A DNA stretch of 18,401 nt from a bacterium (GTDB taxonomy: Bacteria > Desulfobacterota > DSWW01). Positions 1-6,426 of this stretch are shown piece after piece. The DNA is taken from positions 1 to 18,401 of the forward strand of contig JBFLZG010000053.1 in assembly GCA_040756235.1 (NCBI GenBank). Direction: 5' to 3'. The first letter of the stretch is position 1; the number at the start of each line of letters is the position of its first letter. The notes under the pieces were generated by a model that saw nothing but the letters and a program-made list of their open reading frames with translations, ran no database searches and was not told where the DNA came from. Position numbers and translations under genes: made by a program.

Positions 1-40
1 TCCCGGCTCACACGCGCTCTGCACTTGGGCCGGGATGACA
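1..40 (+). repeat. CGTC-type REP right arm (TCCCGGC...GCCGGGATGAC)
   Basis: TCCCGGCTCACACGCGCTCTGCACTTGGGCCGGGATGACA closely matches the copies at 9647-9692 and 9844-9888, and more loosely 18200-18246. Confidence 0.8.
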
Positions 41-1268
41 AGACCAGGGCGACGCATGCGTCGCCCCCACAAGATCCTGCCGGAGGTTGGCAACCGGCGG
101 CCTGAAACGGCCACATGTAGGGGCGACTGATCATTCGCCCCCACTTCAGCAGTCTTCCCCGCGCGCCGCCCCGTTCCTCGATGCCCTGGTGGATGACCAG
201 CTCCTGGCCTGCGCGAAAGCCGGCGTCGAGCACTCTGCGGTCCTGCCGCGAAGGCCCCCTGCGCACGGTGGTCACCCTGGGATACATATAGGCCATGTGC
301 TCCTCGAGCAGCGGGTCCTTGAGCACGATCAGGGCCGCCCCTTTGCCGGTCCCGGCCGCGGCGCGCTCCTGCTGCTGCGCAATCAGCCTGGAGCGGAAGC
401 CACGAAGGATGCCGATGGCGAAGTCCGTCCGGCGGGCGCGATGGAGCTTTCTCTCCCGGTTGTAAGCCGACCACTGGCATTCGACGAATCCGCGCACGAA
501 GTCGAAGACGTAGCCGGCGAGCCGGACGTTCTGCGGCGTTCCGCTGATTTCCAGGACCCGGCCTGACCGGTCCCGGTCCAGCACGTAGGCCGGCACCCAC
601 ATGCAGCGCACGAAATAGAACTCCTGGAGCAGGTTGGCCAGGTGGTAATCCTCGGCCGGGTGCCGGATGCGCGGCTTGCCGGCGAAAGCGGTCACGAAGT
701 CCCTGGGCAGCCGCTGTTCCACGAGATCCAGGTTGTATCTGGCCATGAGCTCGTGGGCCTTGGCCATGGCCGCCTCGGCTTCGTGCCGGTCCGGGCTCTC
801 GGCCAGGGCGAGGAGTTTCTTCACGCGCACGAGCCTCTTGGCCGGACCGCTCGTGCCTTGCCGGAGGATGCGCTCATCCAGGGGCTGCCAGCTTGCCGAT
901 GCCCTCGGGTTCGCCCGGAGCAGCCTGCAGGCCTGTTGAAAGGCCGGTCCGTGGGCGGGCTGGCCGTCCGAGCCCAGCACTTCATCGGCGAGCTGGTGAG
1001 CCATCTCGTGGTGCAGCACTTCCCGAACCGAATCCCACGAATGCCCGTGCACCAGGTCCCGGCTGATCGAGATCTCGCGTCTCTCGCGGTCCCAGACACC
1101 CCATCTCTTCTTCATGTCTCCCAGGCTGAACAGAGGCCGTCGCATGGCCTGCCGGTGCGGCAGTCTGAGGACCCAGAGCGCTGCCTCCCACTCGAAGGCG
1201 AGCCCGCGAAGGAGCCTGCGCTCCGGGTCATCGCGACCCTCCCGGGACCTCGGTTTCGCCTGAGCCAT
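1..1268 (-). CDS. SprT-like Zn metalloprotease domain + DUF2786 domain protein (3' end runs off the window; absent from ORF track)
   Basis: Hand translation from ATG 1268 (SD GGAGG upstream): MAQAKPRSREG...WGVWDRERREISISRDLV...EVLHHEMAHQLADEVLGSDGQPAHGPAFQQAC (HExxH plus HGxxF, SprT-type), then RVKKLLALAESPDRHEAEAAMAKAHELMARYNLD (DUF2786-type). I found no stop in this frame down to base 3. Confidence 0.9.
   Translation of the reverse strand, partial: MAQAKPRSREGRDDPERRLLRGLAFEWEAALWVLRLPHRQAMRRPLFSLGDMKKRWGVWDRERREISISRDLVHGHSWDSVREVLHHEMAHQLADEVLGSDGQPAHGPAFQQACRLLRANPRASASWQPLDERILRQGTSGPAKRLVRVKKLLALAESPDRHEAEAAMAKAHELMARYNLDLVEQRLPRDFVTAFAGKPRIRHPAEDYHLANLLQEFYFVRCMWVPAYVLDRDRSGRVLEISGTPQNVRLAGYVFDFVRGFVECQWSAYNRERKLHRARRTDFAIGILRGFRSRLIAQQQERAAAGTGKGAALIVLKDPLLEEHMAYMYPRVTTVRRGPSRQDRRVLDAGFRAGQELVIHQGIEERGGARGRLLKWGRMISRPYMWPFQAAGCQPPAGSCGGDACVALVLSSRPKCRARVSR
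46..73 (-). repeat. GTAG-family REP palindrome (GTGG tag variant)
   Basis: Minus strand CTTGTGGGGGCGACGCATGCGTCGCCCT versus CTTGTAGGGGCGACGCATGCGTCGCCCT at 9930-9957 (one mismatch). Confidence 0.85.
117..144 (+). repeat. GTAG-family REP palindrome
   Basis: GTAGGGGCGA-CTGATCAT-TCGCCCCCAC: GTAG tag plus a GGGGCGA/TCGCCCC stem. Confidence 0.8.
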
Positions 1269-1363
1269 CCCCTGCGCCTCCCCGAGCGGAATTCTTTGAC
1301 ACACTTTCGGCTCCGTTTCAAATCGCGAAGGCAAAAAGGGTTATGGCTCGGGCCGGCGACCGT

Positions 1364-1371
1364 ATTATAAT
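1364..1371. promoter_or_regulatory. Symmetric -10 element (TATAAT on both strands) between divergent genes
   Basis: ATTATAAT gives TATAAT at 1366-1371 (+) and 1369-1364 (-); there is no good -35 at 17 bp on either side. Confidence 0.45.
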
Positions 1372-1422
1372 CAGTCTTCCCTATGGAGCCGCCTGCTGAG
1401 GGGTGCGCAAGGAGGTAGCGCC

Positions 1423-2583
1423 ATGAACAGGATCCTGACCGCCTGTATCGTCTGGCTCGGAGCATGCGTCCTGGCGACAGACGAGCTGCCCATGAGCTCC
1501 GATCCGCATGCCGGTCTGCTCCGGACGGCTTCCGCCGCCGAAGAGGCGGGACCCATGCGCTTCAAGAGATTCAGCTACGTGGACCGGGAGGGGATCGGGA
1601 TCGAAGCCTTCAGCCTGCTCGTCCCTCAGGACTGGCAGTTCAGCGGAGGAATCCACTGGATCCTGGACAACCCGGGCATGCCGGCCAGATCGGCGTTCAC
1701 GGTGCGCAGCCCGGACGGGAGCGAGGAGCTCGAGGTGTTCCCGAATCAGCCCTTCTTCTGGACCGACAACCAGTTGGTGCTCTCCGCCCTTCCGGCCGGC
1801 GCCCGCTACTTCGGCTGCGAGGTGCGCCCGCCTTGCGCGGGACCGCTGGAAGCGCTCAGGGGAATCGTTCTTCCCAGGTTCCGTGGAAAGGCCGCGGGCC
1901 TCAAGGTGGTGAGCCAGGAGGTCCTCCCCGATCTGGCGCGGGCCCTGGGAGCAGGGTCGGGCTCACAGCCGGGAGTCGTGAACTCGGCTTCGGCCGGCAA
2001 GGTGAGGATCGAATACACGAGGAAAGGGCTTCCCACCGAGGAAGAGATCTACGGGGTGGTCGAGACGGTCTCCTTCCCGGTCCAGACGATGTCAGGAGTC
2101 CGTACCAGCACCTTCTGGTATGCGAACTATCTGTTTTCTTTCAAGGCCCCGAAGGGGAAGCTCGATTCCCGGGCCAAGGTTTTTCAGACCATGACCTCTT
2201 CCTTCCGGGTCGATCCGCAGTGGTTCAACAAGTACAACCAGCTCGTACTCTCCCTGATCCGGCAGCAGATCCGGCAGATCCAGAGCATCGGCCAGCTGAG
2301 CCGCATGATCAGCCAGACCCACGACCAGATCAGTCAGGAGATGCTCGATTCTTACAATCAGCGGCAACAGGTCTACGATCGGCTCTCGGACAATTTCTCC
2401 CGCCACATCCGCGGCGTGGACGAGTACTACGACCCGATCGAACAGAAGAACGTCGAGCTGCCTTCCGGGTACACCAATGTGTGGACGAACCCGCTGGGCG
2501 AGTATGTCCTCACCGACGACCCCAACTTCAACCCCGGAGTCGGCTCCAACCTGCACTGGGAGAGGATCGAGAAGACCCGATGA
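1423..2583 (+). CDS. Secreted hypothetical protein, 386 aa, with Gln-rich helical C-terminal region
   Basis: Strong SD AGGAGG before the ATG; N-terminal signal peptide (MNRILTACIVWLGACVLA); natural-looking composition; FSLLVPQDWQ segment; Q-rich segment LIRQQIRQIQSIGQLSRMISQTHDQISQEM. Confidence 0.85.
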   Translation: MNRILTACIVWLGACVLATDELPMSSDPHAGLLRTASAAEEAGPMRFKRFSYVDREGIGIEAFSLLVPQDWQFSGGIHWILDNPGMPARSAFTVRSPDGSEELEVFPNQPFFWTDNQLVLSALPAGARYFGCEVRPPCAGPLEALRGIVLPRFRGKAAGLKVVSQEVLPDLARALGAGSGSQPGVVNSASAGKVRIEYTRKGLPTEEEIYGVVETVSFPVQTMSGVRTSTFWYANYLFSFKAPKGKLDSRAKVFQTMTSSFRVDPQWFNKYNQLVLSLIRQQIRQIQSIGQLSRMISQTHDQISQEMLDSYNQRQQVYDRLSDNFSRHIRGVDEYYDPIEQKNVELPSGYTNVWTNPLGEYVLTDDPNFNPGVGSNLHWERIEKTR

Positions 2584-2678
2584 TGGTCATGCTCGGGGGG
2601 CATCCTGGGGGGGCATTCTAAGGAAGCACGATATTTGGCGGTCAGCTCGGTCCCTGCTTCAGAGCTGGCGGACGGGTT

Positions 2679-2885
2679 TCACTCGATGGACCATTCGGTC
2701 ACGAAGCGCTCCTGATTTTCCTGGCGGAGGCCCCGTGTGTCCTTCTTTTCCGAAGAGATCGCCGCCCCTGGAACGGTAAAGGCGTTCGCATCCTCTTCGT
2801 CCGTACGTGAGGCGAAGCCGTCCGGTTGTGCGGCCTTGTTCCCGGGAGTCGTTGCGGCCGGCACCTTCGGTTCTCCGGTAAGCAT
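2679..2885 (-). CDS. Small hypothetical protein, 68 aa (MLTGEPKVPAA...ERFVTEWSIE)
   Basis: Near-perfect SD AGGAGGTG 5 nt before ATG 2885 (in frame with track ORF 2679..3011); consensus sigma54 promoter ~80 nt upstream; lies in an otherwise empty gap. Confidence 0.6.
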   Translation of the reverse strand: MLTGEPKVPAATTPGNKAAQPDGFASRTDEEDANAFTVPGAAISSEKKDTRGLRQENQERFVTEWSIE

Positions 2886-2964
2886 TCGTTCACCTCCTCT
2901 CGTCGCAAGGCCCGGATGAAACACTGAGGACAATGGGCAGTCCTCGAGCCCCCCAGACCCGGGG

Positions 2965-2980
2965 AGCAATCGACGTGCCA
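2965..2980 (-). promoter_or_regulatory. Sigma54 (RpoN) -24/-12 promoter
   Basis: Minus strand TGGCACGTCGATTGCT matches the TGGCACG-N4-TTGCW consensus exactly; intergenic and pointing at the 68-aa ORF. Confidence 0.8.
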
Positions 2981-3128
2981 GCGTGGCGTGGTTCTCCTCG
3001 CTTCGCTCCATCCGCTGAATTGAAAGAGGAAAATGCCCGGCGGCCGCGAGCGCGGGCGCGCTTCGTCCGCTCCGCAGCCGTCGGATTCCTTGTCACTTCG
3101 TGAAAGATTCTTTGCAGGCGGGCACGGT

Positions 3129-3158
3129 TTGACAGGACGAGGCGGAGGAACGTAGATT
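3129..3158 (+). promoter_or_regulatory. Sigma70-type promoter for the PPC/exonuclease pair
   Basis: TTGACA (3129-3134), 18 bp, TAGATT (3153-3158), 45 nt before ATG 3204. Confidence 0.55.
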
Positions 3159-3203
3159 CGACCGGCCGTCGGAGGTTCGTGACCTTCTCGCCATGGAGTC
3201 GCC

Positions 3204-3623
3204 ATGCAAGCCAAGAAGTGCGGAAGCAAATGGATCCTGAGGATCGACAAAGGCGAAGAGGTGGTCGCGACCCTGAGAGACTTCTGCGATTCCCGGGGGG
3301 TGCGGCTGGCCTCGGTCTCCGGCATCGGCGCTGCCGACACGGTCGTGATCGGGTATTTCGAGACCGCCGCGAAGAAGTACCACACCCTGGAGCGAACGGG
3401 CGACCACGAGATCACCAACCTGAGCGGCACCGTTTCGACCATGGGCGGCCAGGTGTATCTTCATCTCCACATCACGCTGTCGGACCCGAACGGCCAGGCC
3501 TTCGGCGGTCACCTGAGCTCGGCGCTGGTGAGCGGCACCTGCGAGATCGTCCTGGATCCGATCGAGGGCGAAGTGGACAGGGAGCTCAGCCAGGAGGTGG
3601 GCTTGAACCTGCTCAAGCTCTAA
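3204..3623 (+). CDS. PPC (DUF296) domain putative DNA-binding protein
   Basis: LRIDKGEEVV, SGIGA, EITNLSGTV, HLHITLSD and FGGHL motifs typical of PPC/DUF296; SD GGAG. Confidence 0.92.
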   Translation: MQAKKCGSKWILRIDKGEEVVATLRDFCDSRGVRLASVSGIGAADTVVIGYFETAAKKYHTLERTGDHEITNLSGTVSTMGGQVYLHLHITLSDPNGQAFGGHLSSALVSGTCEIVLDPIEGEVDRELSQEVGLNLLKL

Positions 3624-3641
3624 TGGGGTCCGGGAGGCTTC

Positions 3642-4493
3642 ATGCTGAAGAAGACTTTCTGCCACGTCCCGGGGATCGGCCCGAAAAGAGAGCGCTGGCT
3701 GTGGCAGTCCGGGTTCCGGTGCTGGGAGGACTGCGACCCGGCGAAGCCCCTTCCGCTTTCACGAGAGGCCGCCGGATCGTTCCGCAGATACGTGGAGGCT
3801 TCCGGGGCCCGGCTCGCCGCTGACGATCCCGGTTTCTTCGCGGGCCTCCTGCCCCAGAGCCTCCTCTGGCGCTTGTTCCCGGAGTTCCGCCACGCGACCG
3901 CCTACCTGGACATCGAGACCACCGGATCGGTCGGCTGGGAGAGCCCGATCACGACCGTGAGCGTCTACGACGGCGCTTCGATCTCCTGTTACGTGCAGGG
4001 AGACAACCTCGAAGCCTTCCCGGAGGACATCTCCCGGTACAAAGTCCTGGTGACCTACAACGGCAGGTGCTTCGACCTGCCGATCCTCGAGAGGCACTTC
4101 GGCACTCGCTTCCCCCACGTGCACATCGATCTGAGATTCGTGCTGAAGAGCCTGGGCATCGGGGGCGGGCTCAAGAGGTGCGAGCGGCAGATGGGGATCG
4201 ACAGGGGGCTTCTGGACGGCGTGGACGGGTTCTTCGCGGTCCTCCTCTGGCAGGAGTACGCGAGCACGGGAGATCCCAGGGCGCTGGAGACGCTTCTGGC
4301 CTATAACATCCAGGACGTGGTCAACCTGGAGGCCCTGATGATTTCGGCGTACAACCTGAAGCTGGGGGAGACGCCCTTCGGCCTGGACGGGGTCCTGCCT
4401 GCTCCCGTCGCTCCGGAGTTGCCGTATGCGCCGGATCCGGAGACGATCGAGCGCGTCCGGCGCCGCATCACGAGCTGGGAGCAGCCCTACTGA
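3642..4493 (+). CDS. RNase H-like (YprB/RNase_H_2-type) DEDD exonuclease
   Basis: YLDIETTG, TYNGRCFDLP, HIDLR, GGLKRCERQMGIDR and YNIQDV motifs; N-terminal HhH-like VPGIGPK; SD GGAGG; 18 bp after the PPC gene. Confidence 0.9.
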   Translation: MLKKTFCHVPGIGPKRERWLWQSGFRCWEDCDPAKPLPLSREAAGSFRRYVEASGARLAADDPGFFAGLLPQSLLWRLFPEFRHATAYLDIETTGSVGWESPITTVSVYDGASISCYVQGDNLEAFPEDISRYKVLVTYNGRCFDLPILERHFGTRFPHVHIDLRFVLKSLGIGGGLKRCERQMGIDRGLLDGVDGFFAVLLWQEYASTGDPRALETLLAYNIQDVVNLEALMISAYNLKLGETPFGLDGVLPAPVAPELPYAPDPETIERVRRRITSWEQPY

Positions 4494-4510
4494 CCATCGC
4501 TCTCCCGAAA

Positions 4511-4613
4511 CTCGCGAGCGAGCGACATCCGGGGCGCCCAGTCTCGATGAGATCCGCGAGCGTGGCGATCCCACGATAACAGGGGGATTGCCGCGGACCT
4601 TCGGTCCTCGCAA
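4511..4613. repeat. Degenerate TTGCGAG/CTCGCAA-type palindromic repeat between convergent genes
   Basis: Left arm ...CGAGCGTGGCGATCCC pairs with right arm GGGATTGCCGCG...; the 26-bp core TTGCCGCGGACCTTCGGTCCTCGCAA (4588-4613) is identical to 16663-16688. Confidence 0.7.
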
Positions 4614-4685
4614 CATCCGGTACTTGCCGCCCGTCGCCACGTCGCTGGCGCCCGAACCCGCCCCTGCGACAGCCGCACCCGGCCC

Positions 4686-5210
4686 TCACCACCTGTCCCG
4701 GTCCTGCGCCCTGAATGTACCCGAGTAGGTCGCCGTGCCGACGGTCCGCTGAAAGATGAACTGGCAGACCGCCGTGCCGGGGTGAAGCTCGAGCGGGTTC
4801 GGCCCGAAGTTGCTCATCTCGAGCACCTGGTGATTGTCGATCCCCGGCTGCATGAAGCTGGCCGAGATGTGGACCAGCAGCCCCATCCTGGCGAAGCGGC
4901 TCCGTCCCTCGAGCCATCCGCAGACCGTGGGCGGCAGGGTGATCCTTTCCACCGTGATCCCCAGAGTCGTCTCCCCGGGCATGAGCAGCATGAAGCCGCC
5001 CTCGGCCACCTCGACCTTGGTGCTGAAATCCCGATAGTCGGAGTCGCCCGCGACCCTCACGTTCTGATGGGTGCTCTTGAAGACCCGGAAGGTCGACCCG
5101 AGATGGAGGTCCACCGAGGCCGGGCCCACACAGGCCGGATCGTACGGATCGATCCGGATGTTTCCGGCTGCGATCTCCCTGAGGATTTCATCTCGGGTGA
5201 GGATGCACAT
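4686..5210 (-). CDS. dcd: dCTP deaminase (trimeric dUTPase-like fold), 174 aa
   Basis: ILTRDEI, PASVDLHLG, LEGRSRFARMGL, FMQPG, LEMSN and VCQFIF motifs; start moved to ATG 5210 (MCILTRDE), preceded by GGGGGA. Confidence 0.92.
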   Translation of the reverse strand: MCILTRDEILREIAAGNIRIDPYDPACVGPASVDLHLGSTFRVFKSTHQNVRVAGDSDYRDFSTKVEVAEGGFMLLMPGETTLGITVERITLPPTVCGWLEGRSRFARMGLLVHISASFMQPGIDNHQVLEMSNFGPNPLELHPGTAVCQFIFQRTVGTATYSGTFRAQDRDRW

Positions 5211-5369
5211 GATGGTCCCCCGGTGGTGCAGGGCAGCGGGCGCCGTTCCGTTGACGAGCACATATACCATACAAGGTTTCCTTCTGTCTGCCGGAATCGC
5301 AGCTGTCGTGCAGGCCGGTTTCGGTCTCCCCTTCCGATCCTCCCTTCCTTTCTTCTGCGATTTTCTTTG

Positions 5370-5398
5370 TTGACACGGATCCTGGATCCGGGTAAATT
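5370..5398 (+). promoter_or_regulatory. Sigma70-type promoter upstream of the cold-shock gene
   Basis: TTGACA (5370-5375), 17 bp, TAAATT (5393-5398); implies a ~120-nt 5' UTR. Confidence 0.7.
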
Positions 5399-5442
5399 AC
5401 CTGCCACATTCTTGGCGCTTCTCTGTTTTGGTGAGGTAATGT

Positions 5443-5481
5443 ACCGCTCAGATTTCGCATGGTCTGGGCGGTTGTTTTTTT
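5443..5481 (+). terminator. Intrinsic-terminator-like hairpin within the csp leader
   Basis: ACCGCTCAGA/TCTGGGCGGT 10-bp stem (one G-U pair) followed by TG and T7. Confidence 0.6.
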
Positions 5482-5524
5482 GGTGCCGGCAGAGAGAGCG
5501 CCCGTCATCAAAGGAGGTCTTCTG

Positions 5525-5749
5525 ATGGAGAGTCGTGAGCAGGGAACGGTGAAGTGGTTCAACGAGAAGAAGGGCTACGGATTCATCGTACGGGATGCTG
5601 GAGGTGACGTGTTCGTTCACTACAACAGCATCACCGGCGAGGGCTTCCGCACCCTCACCGAAGGCGACCGGGTGGAATTCACGGTGAAGAAGGGCCAGAA
5701 AGGCCTCGCAGCGGAGCAAGTGACCAAGGTCCGGGAGAACCCCGCCTGA
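5525..5749 (+). CDS. cspA: Cold-shock protein (CspA family; paralog identity not resolvable), 74 aa
   Basis: [15 protein letters not shown] (RNP1), DVFVHY (RNP2), [23 protein letters not shown] before ATG 5525. Confidence 0.95.
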   Translation: MESREQGTVKWFNEKKGYGFIVRDAGGDVFVHYNSITGEGFRTLTEGDRVEFTVKKGQKGLAAEQVTKVRENPA

Positions 5750-5954
5750 TCCCCCGACTGCCGACCGGGGTCTTCATAGACGACGAAAACTCCTTGTTCA
5801 GAATCCCTCTCTTGTGCTAGATCTCAGGATGCAGGTTCGTTCTTCCTTCTGCCTTCTGGCGCATACCCATTCCATGTGCAAGGGCTGACTGCCGGCCGGA
5901 GGGAAGGGCCGTCCGGAAGGCCTTGTCCAAGCGGATCGGGGAAGGGAGCGGAGC

Positions 5955-6176
5955 ATGAGCTTTCAGGAGGTCGTGAAGATTGCCCGCGGCATGGGGATCA
6001 ATCCCTACAGGAAAACAAAAGTCCTTTTGATCCGCGAGATCCAGCGCACAGAGCACAATATCGACTGCTATGCGACTGCTCGAGTCGTGCACTGCGGCGA
6101 GACGGGGTGCCTGTGGAGGGAGGACTGCCTGCAGGCGAACCGCTCACAGCCGGAGAAAGCTCGGCCGAGGCCTTGA
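5955..6176 (+). CDS. Small SAP/Rho-N-like domain protein with 4 Cys, 73 aa
   Basis: EVVKIARGMGI...KVLLIREIQRTEHNIDCYAT...CGETGCLWREDC pattern, typical of small 'SAP domain' proteins; SD GGGAG/GGAG. Confidence 0.8.
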   Translation: MSFQEVVKIARGMGINPYRKTKVLLIREIQRTEHNIDCYATARVVHCGETGCLWREDCLQANRSQPEKARPRP

Positions 6177-6426
6177 GGCGACTTCGAAGCGGGGCAGGTC
6201 TCCGCCGACGCCCCGCCCGGCCCGGCATCTGCTCTGACTGCGTTCGGTCTGGCCGGCCGCTTCGGGACCGACCTGCAGGACAAGGGGAGGCTTCTGTTGC
6301 CCTTTCCCCTGAAGCGTGCCGGGAGCAGAGCGGCTGGCCAAGGCCGTTCTGCGCTTCTTTCCAGGAATGGATTCAAACCCGCTGACGCCGTTTCATCGCC
6401 CCGGTCCGACGGGAGGAGAGCGAGCC

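Noticed and set aside
2595..2616. GGGGGGCAT tandem duplicate, and GAATGGCT x2 at 9439-9461
   Set aside because: Two short copies only, with no supporting context
3120..3135. Second sigma54 site (GGCACGGTTTGAC)
   Set aside because: No TTGC at the required spacing; better explained by the TTGACA -35 box
4686..5210. dCTP deaminase as an anti-phage nucleotide-depletion system
   Set aside because: Defence dCTP deaminases are Zn-dependent cytidine-deaminase-fold proteins, usually with a kinase-like domain. This is the housekeeping dUTPase-fold Dcd, and no defence genes are adjacent.
5439..5525. 28-aa leader peptide MYRSDFAW...KEVF whose TGA overlaps the csp ATG
   Set aside because: GAGG lies only 2 nt from the ATG, which is too close for a functional SD; it may be chance and cannot be supported
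6316..6426. ORF-track N-terminal extensions (also 5211-5270, 5459-5524, 14945-15028, 18089-18319, 2886-3011)
   Set aside because: Downstream ATGs have SD sequences and, where a family is recognisable, coincide with the domain or signal-peptide start; several extensions run through promoters, terminators or repeats
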